Shown here: positions 34,124-47,149 of the stretch, in pieces | Layout of the letters: each line of letters starts with the position of its first letter | Position numbering within the stretch: the first letter of the stretch is position 1 | Source of the DNA: Blastocladiella emersonii ATCC 22665 | Taxonomy: Eukaryota; Fungi; Blastocladiomycota | Direction: 5' to 3' | Assembly: GCA_025594325.1 (NCBI GenBank) | Contig: JANHCV010000005.1 | Span: 744,001-808,000, forward strand | Length of the DNA: 64,000 nt | The notes under the pieces: model-generated | The model's input: only the letters and a program-made list of their open reading frames with translations | What the model was told of the DNA's origin: nothing | Database searches by the model: none | Position numbers and translations under genes: made by a program

Positions 34124-35346
34124 ATGTTCGCCCGTGCGACCGCCTCCTCCGTGCGTGCTGGTACGGGCGGTAACCGCGTCTTGCTCGGCCTCCCCCGCGC
34201 CCGCCCCGTCGTCGGCTGCTCCCACCATGTATCAACACACGATGCGAGACGGATCATGGATCAACGACCATGCACGATCCCTCGCCCAACACGCGCCATG
34301 AACCAGCGAACGAGCGAGCGAGCGACTCGACGACGACGGAGCAGCGGAGGGAGGAGAACCTCGCACGAGTTCATGTATCCTGATCGCCTACCCCCTCACG
34401 TTTAGCGCGCCAGCTCTCGACGGCTGCCTACGACAGCACGTACAAGAACCTGCTGCTGACCAAGAACACCAAGGTGATCTGCCAGGGCTTCACGGGCAAG
34501 CAGGGCACGTTCCACTCGGAGCAGGCCATTGCCTACGGCACCAACATGGTCGGCGGCGTGTCGCCCAAGAAGGCCGGCACCGAGCACCTCGGCCTGCCCG
34601 TGTTCCGCAACGTGCAGGAGGCCGTCGACACGGTCCAGCCCGACGCCTCGGTCATCTACGTGCCGCCGCCGGGCGCCGCCGCCGCCATCCTCGAGGCCAT
34701 TGAGGCCGAGGTGCCCCTCGTCGTCGCCATCACCGAGGGCATCCCGCAGGCCGACATGGTCAAGGTCAAGCAGGCCCTGCTCACCCAGTCCAAGACCCGC
34801 CTCGTGGGCCCCAACTGCCCCGGCATCATCAAGCCCGAGGCGTGCAAGATCGGCATCATGCCCGGCCACATCCACAAGGCCGGCCGCATCGGCATCGTGT
34901 CGCGCTCGGGCACCCTCACCTACGAGGCCGTGCACCAGACCACGCTCGCGGGTCTCGGCCAGTCCCTCTGCGTCGGCATCGGCGGCGACCCGTTCAACGG
35001 CACCAACTTTGTCGACTGCCTCAAGGTCTTCCTCGACGACCCCGAGACCGAGGGCATCATCCTCATCGGCGAGATCGGCGGCACCGCCGAGGAGGAGGCC
35101 GCCGACTTCCTGACCCAGTACAACCTGACCCGCGCCAACCCCAAGCCCGTCGTCTCGTTCATTGCCGGCCAGACGGCTCCCCCCGGCCGCCGCATGGGCC
35201 ACGCTGGCGCTATCATTGCTGGCGGCAAGGGCACCGCCCCCGCCAAGGTCGCCGCCCTCGAGGCCGCCGGCGTCACCGTGTGCGCGTCGCCCGCCAAGCT
35301 CGGCGTCACCATGCACGAGTCCATGGCCGCCGCTGGTCTCCTGTAA
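34124..35346 (+). CDS. SUCLG1: Succinyl-CoA ligase alpha subunit, mitochondrial
   Basis: Presequence exon [12 protein letters not shown], intron at 34161-34405, then [41 protein letters not shown] and RMGHAGAII. Confidence 0.97.
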
Positions 35347-35652
35347 AGAAACCGGTGGTGCTCTTCGTCTTGCCCATCACCCCACCCCACCTCCCCGCAT
35401 CGAACATGATATCTTCCCCCCCTCTTCCCTCCCTTGACCTACTCGGTGAGTCGCCGCCGCTCGCTGGTCGCGTCGCGTGTGGCGATCACCATGCAAGCGC
35501 GACCCGCGCTCGTCGCTCGCCTCTCTCAACAACGCCCGAAAAGAACGTGAACGAATATTGAAGCCTACCTAATGAATACACATCTCTAAAGCAAGCAATC
35601 ACGTCTGTCTGTATATGAGGATCTGTACACACTCTCACCGCCAAACATCTAG

Positions 35653-36578
35653 AAGGGGACCGAGTCGACCTTGGCCTTGAGCTCGGCGGCGACCTTCTCC
35701 TCAAAACCCGTGAGCAGCTCGACGACCTCGCGCGTGCACTTGTCGCGGACGCCGTTCTCCCACACCTTGTCGAGGAAGTCGTCCATGATGTTGCGCTGCA
35801 GCCGCACCGCCTTCTCCTCGGCCTTGTCGAGCATCTTGTCGATGAACCCGACCGACAGCTTGTGCGCGCGCATCTCGTCAAACTCCTCGCGCACCTCGCG
35901 CTCCACGAGGTCGATCACGGCCCGCTGCAGCACGTCGGGCACCGACCGCGTGATCTTGGGCAGCAGCTTCGTGGTGAGCTTGCGGATCAAAATGCGCAGC
36001 TTGAGCGCGATCCGCTCGCCGCGCGGCGCCGTCTCGGCCGCCTTCGGGATCGGCGACCAGTAGTGCGCGAGCGCGCGCACGTCCGCGTCCTCCTCCTCGG
36101 AACCAGCCGCGTTGAGCGCGCGGTCCAGGTCCGACTCGAGCGCGCGCGTCTTGTTTTCCGAACCCTCCTCGTCGTCCGAGTCGGGAATAATGTGCAGGAA
36201 CTGCTTGAGCTCGCGGATCCCCGCCTCGGTGGCGCGGTCGTCGAGCTTGTCCGTCGCCTCCACGACGCGCGGGTTGATCTCGGCCGAGAACTTGGCAATC
36301 ACCTCGTCGAGCTTGGCGCCGCCCTCGGGCGAGTCGAGCAGCTTGCGCCGGATGAACTTGGCCGCCAGCGCCGACATGCCCTCGCCGTCGTCCGTCTCGA
36401 CGAAGTCGCGCGCCGCCTCGATGGTGCGCGTCTTGACCTCGGCGGGGAGCCGCGTCAGGACCTCGGTGCGCAGCTCGACCAGCTCCTTCTCGGCCTTGGC
36501 CGCGAGCGGAGGGCGGACGTGCTTCTCGATGGCCGAGTCGCCGAAGCCCTTGAGCGAGTCCTTGATGGCGGCGAGCAT
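35653..36578 (-). CDS. Hypothetical all-helical charged protein
   Basis: Intronless frame from the ATG at 36578 (MLAAIKDSLKGFGDSAIEKHVRPP...) to the TAG near 35649-35651. Glu/Lys/Arg/Leu-rich with an acidic central linker. No family recognised. Confidence 0.75.
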
Positions 36579-36947
36579 GGTTGTTGGTACGTTGCAGGGT
36601 GGGCGGGCGGGGCCGGTTGGGGAGAGCGAGAGCCGCGGCGGGGGGCGTCGGCGCCTTTTGTAGGTCGGCTCAAAGCGAACGGCGAGGCGTTCTCGAAGCA
36701 GAGCGGGTTCTTGAAGAAGGGCGCGACGGCACAATCATGTCCGCCATCCGTCGTATGAGCGGGACAGGGCGTGGGGCTTGCGGCAGGGGGACTTGCTTGC
36801 GGCCGGCCATCGCCAAAGGGCACGCCGTCCCGTACCGCCTCGCCGTCCACCACGATTGCGCATGTATACTGTATAGACGACGACGCGACACTCGGTGCAA
36901 CGGATCCGCGCCACCGTCCCACATCCTCGCTGGCCGATCCCCTCAAG

Positions 36948-39879
36948 ATGTCCGCCCCGGAGCGGGTGTGCCGCGCGCACCGCCCCCGCCCTCGCCCAAG
37001 GAGGATTCTGGCCGCCATCCTCGGCATCGTCCTCGCGTCCGCCACCCTCGCGACCGCCACGCAGCAGGCGTGCCGCGCCAGCCGCGACTGCCCGGCGCCC
37101 GACCTCGACGTGTGCCTGTTCGGCCGGTGCATCCACGCCCCGCGTGCGTGCCTGCCCGGCGCCGGCGTGCCCAACGCCGGGTGCGAGACGGGTTACTCGT
37201 GTGTTGCCGGCGTGTGTGTCCTCGACCTCGACTACAGTCCGTGTTTTTTAGCAAAAGAGCGCGGGATGTCAACTCACACGTCCGCGTGTAGGCTCCGGCG
37301 CCATCTTCCAGCGGTGCTACTGGAAACACCCCGCCAACGCGACCTCACCATCGCCCGCCGCATCGACGACGGCCGGGATCGCGTCCGCGCCCATGGCGGC
37401 GGGGGGCGACGGGAGTCTCACGACGCCGCTCGTCGCCCCACCACCGGTGCCCGCCGACTCTTCAGCCAGCGACGCGGTCCTGCAGCAGGTCCTGGCGGTC
37501 GCGTGCGAGCCGGGCGAGAAATACGACTGCGTGAACGGGTTCTGCGTCGACAAGCTGACGCAGCGCCGCATCGTGTCCGGGTACACGAACGCGACGGCGT
37601 TTGCCGAGACGCACGTCGCGCTGCTCTCTGCGGCCGTCACGACACCACCGGTCGACTCGGCATCCGCGTCACCCCCACCCATCACCGCGTGCACCCTGTA
37701 CAGCCACCTGTTCGTCGCGACGGGCGGGCGCACGTGGCGGCCCGTCGCGAAACAGTACCTGTCGCTCGACGACCTGTACGACACGCGGTGCTGCTTCCCG
37801 TCGCCCGTCACGGGGCTGCAGTGCTCCGACAACGCGCGCAACTCGCTCGACGCGGTCCTCGTGCTGGGTCTCGACGACCGGAACTTGACCGGCGTGCTCC
37901 CTGCGCCCCTGTGGACCGCGTTTCCGAAAATCCGCACGCTCGCGGTCGGGCATAACCCGGACCTCGTCGTCCCGCCCGCGAATCTCGGGAAGCTCGCGGA
38001 CCTCGCGATCCTCTCGGCGTCGCGCGTTCGGCTCGCCGACGACGCGCCGGCGTGGGCCGCGTGGACACGCGGCGATGTCGTGCTGCAGTCGCTGCACCCG
38101 AACCAGCCGCCCGCCGCGCTCGCTGGTCTCGCTTCCCCTTCTTCCTCCTCTTCCTCCTCTTCCTCCGCCGCTGCGCCGAGCTTCCCGTCATGGACCCTGT
38201 CAACCCCGCGCCCCGCGCGCCTCGCGCTGTTCCTCGACGAGAACAACCTGACGGGGTCGCTGCCGCGCATCCTGCCCGGCCCGCCGCGCGGGCTCTCGCT
38301 GCGCAACAACCCGGGCCTCGTCGGCGTCCTCAACACCAACGCCGTCTACCTCGACCTCCGCAGTACCGGCGCCCTCTGCGTGTCGCCGTTCGCCGCGGTG
38401 CCTGGGACGATCACGGACCCCGCGGCGACGGGCGCCGTGGGCGGGGGCGAACTGACCGGGTTCGATGCGGGCGCGAATGGGACGGCGCGGGCGGCGCGGG
38501 ACGCAGACGGAGGAGTGCAGTCTGCATCCTCGGCCGCGCTCCTGCCCGAGGTCGGGCTGGTCCCCGACACGGCCTTCTACGCGACGTGCGGGCTCGGCGT
38601 GACGCTCGGCATCGCGTGGCCCGAGCTGGTCCCCGCCCTGGCCGCCATCGCGGTGTACCTGCTCGGCGTCGCCGTGTACCGCGACCTGGTCGCCGCGCGC
38701 CCGCTCACGCTGCTGTCGCTGGTCTCGATCGCCGTCGAGGTACAGTTCGCGCTGATGCTGGTCGCCGACCCGACGGTCGGCGCCATGGTCGCTCCGCCGA
38801 CGGCCGAGTCGGGCGCGGTCACGTCCGACCCTTCCACCACCACCACGACAACCACCGCGACCGTCGCAACCAGCACCCTGTCGGGCCTACTCAAACTCCT
38901 CTTCTTCGTGTCGATCGTGATCCCGCGCCTGTGCAACGCGTACTACACGCGCCTGCCCGGCCTCCCCCTGCGCCTGCGCGTCCTCGCGATGCTGGACGTG
39001 AACCACTTCATCGAGTACTTCCGCGCGCACGCGGGCAAGGCGTCGCTCGCGCGAGAATACGTCCCGCCGCACCTCCGGTCGCTCGCGATGCTCCAGGCGA
39101 TCCTCAAGGACGCGGCCCAGCTCGCCCTCACGACGTGGGCCGCGCTCTCGGTCCAGTGGAGCGTCACGATGATCGCGATGATCGCCGTCGCGATTTTGGG
39201 GGTCGTCAAGGAGGTCGCGGTCCGCGCCGCGCGCGGGTGTGGCGCGCGCAGCCGCCGGCGGAGGCGGCAGGATTCCCAAGGAACCGAGCTCCACGCGTTC
39301 GCGTCGCTGTTCTCCCGCCGCCGCGGCGCCGCCGGCGTGCACGCGTCGGTCGTCGAACTGCCCCGCTTCAACGCTCCGCCGCAGCCCCCGCCCCCGCTCT
39401 CCCCGGTCCCGACGTACACGTCGCGCCGCGGGTCGCTCGTACACCCTCTTCACACGCCGGGCGGGGGCGGGGGAGACGATAGCCCGATCCCGCGCGTCCT
39501 CGCGACACTCACCGCGCACCGGCCACGGTCGACGGCCGTCGACCCGCGCTCTGCGTCGCCAGCCCGGGGAGGCGGCGGAGGTCAGGCGCGCGGCGGAGCG
39601 GTCGCGCCGGCCGGCGGGGTCTCGTCGCGGCTCTCGACGGCGGTGTCGCTCGGGCCTGTCGATAGTCCGCGGCTCGCGGCGGCGGGGGCGGGAAGGAGCG
39701 AGCTGGCCTCGGTCCAGGGCGGCGCGGGTGGCGAGTGCGGGAGTGACGACGAGGAAGAGGATGGGTCGGATCTCGCGTCGCAGGTGTCGTCGTCGTGGCG
39801 CGGTCGGAGACACCACCACGATGGCAACGGTGGTGGCGGGAGCCCGGGCCGGCGGCAACCTCCTCCCCCCGCAGCATGA
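36948..39879 (+). CDS. Receptor-like membrane protein: signal peptide, Cys-rich modules, LRRs and a multipass TM domain
   Basis: Exon 1 (36948-37236) carries a signal peptide and C-x5-C...C-x4-C modules. The intron at 37237-37291 joins in frame to ORF 37393-39879. LRRs: LGLDDRNLTGVLP, LFLDENNLTGSLP and LSLRNNPGLVGVL. About 5-6 hydrophobic segments follow, then a low-complexity cytosolic tail. Confidence 0.8.
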
Positions 39880-39929
39880 ACTCGCAATCAATTACTGTAC
39901 ATTTTGTTCCATCATCCAAACACATTCCC

Positions 39930-42020
39930 CTACGCATCCGCCTCATACGCGCTCGCAATCGCGCTGAGATCGCGCGTGTCGCACATGGCAGCCCAGTCGG
40001 CCTTGTTCATGAGGAGGGCGGCCATCTTGAGCGTCTCCCAGACGTTGGACGAGGTGAACCCGGAGGTGACGCTGCCGTTCCCGCCGGCGGCCTGGACCTG
40101 GAGCGCCTCGATGAGGTGGTGCGCGGCCTCGCGGTGCTGGCCGAGGTTGATGCACGAGATGGCGAGGTTGTACCGGGCGCGGATGTACGACGGGTTGATG
40201 GCGAGCGCGTGGAAGTACGCGTCCATGGCGCGGCTGGCGTCGTGCGAGTTGGCGAGCGTAGCCCCCAGCTTGTTCCACAGGAGGTAGTCGTCGGGCCGCG
40301 CCGCGAGCGCCGCCTGGAAGCAGTCGACGGCCTTGGCGTACTCTTCCGAGACGTTGAACAGCACCCCCAAACCGACCTGCACGTCCGCGTCAATCACCTC
40401 GCCGCCCGACGTCGCCGCCTCGAGGAACAGCGACGACACGTCGCGGAAGCTGTCGCCCGAGGTCACGATCGCGTCGGCGAGGGGCGCGTACTTGGGGTTG
40501 TTGCGGATCCACTGGCGCAGGCTGTCGAAGGCGGGCTCCGGGTGGTTCTCGTTGGTGTAGCTGACCGAGAGCGCGAGCCACGCGTCGAGCTGGGCCGGGT
40601 CGGCCTCGAGGGCGCGGCGGAGCGCCGAAATGGCCTGCCGCTCGCGCTCGTTCTCCTGCTGCTTGATCCCGAGCAGCGTCCACGCGGCCGCGTCGCGCGG
40701 GTCCGCCTGCACGCGGGCCTCGAGGGCGAGGATCGACTCGGCGAGCGGCAGCGTCGCGAGGGGCAGCGCGCGCAGCTGGTCGACGGGCTGGCCGAGGTAC
40801 GCGTTGGCGGGCTCGAAATCGTACGCCGCGTACTCGGGCAGGTCCATGTTCCACTGCGCCAGCCGCTCGATGGGCGCGCCCGTGGCGGCGGCCATCTCGT
40901 CGAACTGGCGCGCCCACGACACCGACGACGCCGCGTCCTCGAGCCCGGTGCCGAAGCTGGCGAGCCCGTCAAAGTCCTCGGCCCAGTCGCCCTCGATCCC
41001 CTGGTACTGGTTCCCAAACTCCTTGGACCACATGGACTCGACGTAGTTGTCGACGCGCGACGAGAAGTCGGACGCCCACGTCCCGCCCGTGTTCTCGACG
41101 ACCTTGTCGCCCTCGATCGTCACCTCCTGGTCGCGCAGCTGGCCCATGAACTTGAGGAACTCGGAGTTGGAGAACTTGGGGTTCTCGTGGGCGCGGTCGC
41201 CGACGGCCTCGAGCAGCTCGCCCGCGGTCTTGGCCAGCTCCTCGCGGTCGGTCGCAAACTCGGACGCCCACGCGTCCGCCTTGGCCTGCTCGGCCTGCGC
41301 AAACTCGTCGCCCCACGACGCCGTCGCGTGCGCGGCCCGCGCGTCCTCGAAGGCGCGCTCCAGCGCCTGCGTGTCGGCCGCCGTCAGCTCCACGGGGGCT
41401 GCAGGTCCCGCAGATTGGAACTCGTGTGCCCACGCGGGCGCCGCCGCGGCCACGGCGTGCGACTCGCGCGCGGATGCAAAGGCCGCGTCAAAGTGCGCCA
41501 TCTCCTCGCGCGACATGTGCGGCGCGGGAGCGGACGTGTGCTGGAAAGTGGCGAACTCGGCGTGCCAGTCGGCGGTGACGGGGCCCTTACCCTTGCCCGC
41601 CATCACGGCGGCGGGCGGAGGAGGAGGGCCGTGCATCAGGTCCAGTTCCTGGTGCAGGTCGCGGAACGCGAACGCCGCGGCGTCGGGCGGGCCCATCATG
41701 GCGGCGGCGCCCGCGCTCGACGGGCCAGCGGCACTGCTGCGCAGGAACTCTTCGGCGAGCTATACACGACGCGATGGTTAGGAGGGATCGCGGCCAGCAG
41801 AACCGGTGCGCGTACGTCCTGGCGGTGCAGCGCATCGGCCGTGACATTGGGTTGCCGGAACTACGTGTCGCGCGAGAGAGTGTGAGATGGGTTATAGGGG
41901 AACAGGGACAACCGCGAGCGAACGTACGCCCTGTGGCGCGCCGCGGAACGAGTCCTGGAATGTGTCCTGGTCAAACTGCTGCTTGAGGGCGCCGAGCGGG
42001 TTGACGGGGCCGCAGTCCAT
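39930..42020 (-). CDS. PEX5: Peroxisomal targeting signal 1 receptor
   Basis: N-terminal Cys (MDCGPVNPL), eight WxxxF motifs, KFSNSEFLKFM, and TPRs (AWTLLGIKQQENERE, DVQVGLGVLF, LLWNKLGATLANS, YIRARYNLAISCINLG). Two short introns inferred near the 5' end. Confidence 0.95.
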
Positions 42021-42215
42021 GGTGAATACGTGGTTTGATTTTGGGCGAAAGAAGGGAGAGAGAGAGTTCGCGGCGACGCGCCGACCTTTCACACGGCGGC
42101 GGCCGGAAGGCGCGGCTGATGTCATCCGGCTGCCGTCGCGGTCATGTGCTCCGCGCGCCGATCGCTCTTCCGTCGCGTCGCGCCGCGTCGTCCGCTCTCG
42201 TCCCCACCCGCAACC

Positions 42216-43480
42216 ATGGAGCGATACAAGGGAAACGGCCGGCCGCCACACCATGCAACTCATGTAGTGGGCGACGATGATGGGGACGCGCTGCCCGATG
42301 ACTTTTTCCTCGCCGCCGACGTCGACAGCGGCGCCCCTTCGCCGCCGCTCGAGATGCCGTCGCGCGAGGCCATGGACGCCGAGTTCCGCCAAGTATGCAC
42401 TCTGGGCTTGCGCGTTTTTTTTTTGTTCTCACCTCAAGCGGTCCCATAGCTCGAGGTCCACCTGCGCCAGCGCCTCGGCCGCGTCCCGCCGTACGAGCGG
42501 ACGCCCGAGACCCTGGTCCTGCTGCGCCAGCTCGTCGGCGACGACAAGCAGTTCTCGGAGGCCGTGGCTGCAAGGAACGCCGTGTCGCGCCAGCTTGAAG
42601 GCGATCTCGAGGCTGAGAGTACGTCCCCTACAACTTCCTGGTGTCCCAGTGCTCACCCGACTGCGTGAGTAGTCCTCGCCATGCGGGAATCGCTCGAGTC
42701 GCACCACCTCACCCCCGCGCACCTGTCCAAGAACGGCGCCTACATGCTCGACCAGCTCACCGAGATCGCCCTCGCGCTCGATGTCTCGGACGTGAGCGAG
42801 AACAGGTCCGCCAGCCCCGCCCGCCACCCGCCGCGGCCCCAACTCACTTTTGGTCGGTTTAGCATGATGTCAGCTCTGACGATGCGCGAGCTCGAAGCGT
42901 ACCAACGCCTGAAGCACGAGCGGCACGCCGCCGCGCACGCGCAGCTGTGCGACGACCAACGCACCTACTTTGCGACCGAGGCGCGGTACCTCGAGCTGTA
43001 CGCCCCCTCACTCCCCACTTCTTCCCTCACCATCCTCAACTCACACCCACCCTCTTAGCGCCCTCGCCGACCTGCAACCCGACCTGCACGAAGCCGTCCT
43101 CGAACAGGCGGGCATCGAGGCGAACCTGCCGGCGCTCGAAGCCAAGCTCGCCGAGTACGACGCGCGGCTCGCGTTGCTCGACCCGCCGCCGCCCGCCGAG
43201 TTCCAGTTCCCGGCGCTGGAGCGGCTCGCGGGCGAGATCGCCGACCTCGAGCGCGCCGTTCACGCGAAACAGAGCCAGCTCGACACGCTCGCGGACGTCC
43301 GGCCCGACCGGCTCGAGGTCCAGCTGCAGCTCGAGCGCGCGGTGAATGCGCTGGTACGCTTTGGCGGGTGTGGGATGAAGGGAGGTGGGGTGGTGCTGAC
43401 GAACAGGACGAGTGTAGAACGCGCTGCGCCGCGAGCGCGAGCAGCTGGTCCTGGACGTGACGCGGAACATGGACTATTGA
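42216..43480 (+). CDS. HAUS1: Augmin/HAUS complex subunit 1
   Basis: Spliced model LGRVPPYERTPETLVLLRQL...LTPAHLSKNGAYMLDQLTEIALALDVSDVS resembles HAUS1 (IPQYEVNPRT.EIL..L / SPANLS..G..YL.AL...A.ALE..D.S). About five short introns. The last exon ends TRNMDY-TGA. Confidence 0.75.
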
Positions 43481-43526
43481 TTGATTGCGCTACTATATTC
43501 TCAAAATCGTGTACCACAACCTCACC

Positions 43527-46500
43527 CTAATCGGTCGCTTGCATCGTAAACTGCTGCACCCCGAGCCCCGCGACCACGAGCTTCGACCCGCACACGTCCA
43601 CGGACGTGATATCCGAGACGTCCGCGACGACCGCGTGCGTGATCGCGAACGCGTCCACTTCCACGCGGCTCCACACGTTGACGCGCTGGTCGACGCCCGC
43701 CGAGACAAACTGGTCGCGGCCAATCCACTTGACGCCCGTCACCGACGCGCCGTGCGCCGTCTCGCACTGCCAGACCCGCGTGAGCGCGCCCGTCGCGGCG
43801 TCGAGACGCGTCACGGCCACGGCGTTGTCGTCGCCGCCCGTCACGATGGCGAGGTTGCCGACTACACACACGCGCAGCGGGTGTCAGGGCGGGTGAAGCG
43901 GGTGTTGAGGGGAGCTGAACGTACGCTTGTCAACGACCACGTCCATATCGTTCACGCCCGACTGGTGCACGAACGCGTCGGCGCGGTCCGCGAGCGGGAC
44001 GACGCGCTGGCGCAGGCTCTCGGGGCGGACCGAGAACGTGGTGGCATCCGCCCCGTCATCCGCCTGCTGCATCGCGCCGAGGTACGCGGCCACGAGCTTG
44101 GCCACGGGCCACGCGTACACGTGTCCGTTGGTCGCGCCCGCGAGCGCGTAGAACTCTACACCACGACGCCGGTCAGTATCCCGCCCCACACACCGAAAAC
44201 CCGAAGGCGTACCCTTGCCAACCTGCGCACACGCGACCGAGAGGACACACCGATCCACACTCGCCTCGGCCACGACGTAGAACCGCGCGTGCGACTCGAC
44301 GTACAGGACGACCTGGACGCGTCCGTCCGAGAACCCCGCGACGACAACGGCGACGTCGGGGACCCACGGCACCGCCGCGAGCGCCATGATCCGCGTCTCG
44401 AGCGTCGCCGACGACGGCGCGTACCGCGCGACATCGTAGAGCGCCGGCGGCTGTCCGCCCTCGGCGCGCGGAACGCACGTCCACGCGAACAGCTCCTCGC
44501 ACCCGCCCGCAGTGAAGACGGTCGACCCGGCGCGCGCGGCCGCCTTGACGACGGAGACGTGCTTGCTGAGGCGGCCGGTCACCGTGAGCGGCGTGGTGTC
44601 AGCGCCGGCGAGGCGGACGACGGCGAGCGTCGTGTCCTCGGACCCCGTCAGGACGTAATCCGAGACACCGGGGAGGAAGATGCACGTGCGGATCTCGCGG
44701 CCGTGGAGTCCGTCAAGGACGCGCGGGCCCGGGCGCGCCGCCTGCACCCCACCCTCCGGCGCCGCAGCCGCGGCGGCGTAGTAGTACACCACATCCTTGC
44801 GAATAAACGCAAACACGACCCCGTCGCCACTCGCATCGCGCGCTTGGACGTGCCAGAGGCGGTGTGCGCCGCCGCACGCGACCGACAGGAGCGGGGTGCC
44901 CGACGCGTGGTTGTGCACGAACATGCGTTTCTGGTAGAAGCCGACGAGGAGGAGCTCGCGCTCGCGGTCGGGGCCCGCGAAGACGGCGCGCTCGAGCCAG
45001 CCGCGCGTCACGCGCTCCTTGTGCTGCTTGGTCAGCGTCCACGTCGCGCCGGCGTGGGTGCCGGACACGGAGGTCAGATCCGAGGCGTACTTGCGCTTCA
45101 CCTTGCTCCCGGACTGCCCCGCGACGTGCTTCGGGATCGCGGCGCCGTGGAGTTTGCGCTGTGCTGCTGCGAGGGCCTGCTCCTCGGCGTGCACGAAATC
45201 GGCCTCGAGCGCGGCGGGACGCGCAGCGGTAGTCGCGGTCGACGTGGATGACTGCGGCGTGCGGCGCAGCTGCCAGTGCACGAGAAACCCGTCGCGTCCC
45301 GTAGAGACGAGCGCGATCTCGCGGATCTCGCCCGCCACGTTTGCCGCGGAAGAAGGCACGACGGCGACGGACGTCATGGCCTGCTGCCCGTGGCCGCCGG
45401 GGAACACGAGGATCGGGTGCGCGGGCTCGCCCTCCCCCATCACCGCGCGCGGGTACACGGCGAGCAGGCCGTCGCGCGTCGTGACGAGCAGGACCTCGTC
45501 AGCGATCTGCACGTCCAGGATGACGGTGGGCTCCTTGCCCGCGGACTCGGGCCCGGCGTACGCCGCGATCTGGGTTACGGTGCCCGTTGCGGGGTCGGCG
45601 CGCGAAACGGCCAGCGTGTTGCCCTGCTCGTGCGAGACGACCGTGTACTCTCCGGCATCGGTCCCATCAAAAACGGCGACGAACATGACCTTGGACCGGT
45701 GCAGCGTGGAGCGGAACGGGGCGAAGGCCGAGGTGGGCGAGACGAACAGGCAGTCGCCGTCGAGGCCGCCGCTCACGACGAGCCGACCGTCGGGCGAGGC
45801 GGCGAGCGTGTTGAAGGCGGGGCGGTGCGCGGCGTCGGACAGGATGGGGGAGATGGCGCGCGTGGCGGGCGTGCAGGTGGCGAGGGCGCCGGTGCGCGAC
45901 AGCATCACGACGTGGTCGCCGGCCAGGACAAAGTTGCGCGCGTGGTCGCCGGCGGCGGGGCTCGGGAGTTGCTGCAGTTGGTCCTCGAATTCTACACATA
46001 CGAGTGTGACGGGTGAGTACGCGCCAGGACACAGCGAAGCGAGGTCAGTCGTACCGATGCGCTGCGACGCGAGCGACGCGAGGTTCCAGACCCGCACGCC
46101 GCCGTCGTTCCCGCCGGTCGCGACGAGCGCGCTGGTCGGGTTGACGGCAACGCACCAGACGTTCTTGCCGAGATGGCCCTCCCAGACTGCCGCGCACGGG
46201 CTGGCGGGGTCGCCGGGCGCCAGGTCCATGGCGGCCTTGGCGGAGGCGGGCTGCGGGACGTCGAGGCGCCAGACGCGGCACGTCGAGTCCTCGGAGACAC
46301 TCACGAGGCGGTCCCCCGCAACGAGGCGGGCCATCCAGACGCGCGACGTATGGCCGTAGAAGGTGTTGCGGCACTCGCCCGACCGCGTGTCCCAGACGCG
46401 CACGGTGCGGTCGTCCGAGACGGACGCGATGCGGTCGCCAAGGGGCGCGAAGTGCAGGTGGAACAGGACGCCCTCGTGGCCGATGAGCCGCGTCGCGACG

Positions 46501-47149
46501 GGGCAGTTGTCGCGGTCATTGGCGGTGCTAGGCCGCCACAGGAGGACCTGGTTGAAGACGGTGCCCGAGGCGACGACGAGGTTGGCGAGCGAGTCGCCGT
46601 GCAGCGCGGCCGAGTACAGCAGGCACCGCTCCTCGCTCTGGTACACGGTGGCGGGGGTGGGGGAGTCGAGCGCGGCAAAGACTTCGAGGCGGTTGTGCGC
46701 GGTCACGGCGGCGTACCCGCCCTCGGCGAGAAACGCGACGGCCTTGATCCAGTCGCGGCCCTTGCGGTGGGCGTGGCGCGTCACGGACGCCGTGGACGGG
46801 TCGTCGCGGAGGTCGATGGTGACGAACGCGACCGACTTGGCGCCGTAGACGGCGGCAAAGCAGGGCGCCGTGACGCCGTCGCCATCGCGCACGACGATGC
46901 CGTGGATCCGCTCGGTGGTGTCGAACACGTCGACGGGCCCGACGAGGCACGCGCCCGAGAGGACCGAGTAGCACGAGAGAAAAAGTCCGCTCGCGACGGC
47001 CACGACGTGCTCGCTCAGGAAGCACACATGGTTGACGGGCGCCTTGAGGCCGGCGCGCTGGAAGGAGGTCGGGTCGTGTCAGCGGGGGGCGTTTGCCGCG
47101 GGTTCCGCGATAGGATCGGGCGGACCTCGAGGCGCGCAATGGGTTGCAT
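43527..47149 (-). CDS. WDR6: WD-repeat protein 6 / Trm734 (tRNA 2'-O-methyltransferase regulator)
   Basis: EERCLLYSA, VASGTVFNQVLLW, LIGHEG, SVSDDRTVRVW, YGHTSRVW, GHLGKNVW, VACGGAHRLW and HQSGVN. Inferred exon 1 MQPIARLE, plus several short introns, some in frame. Confidence 0.88.
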
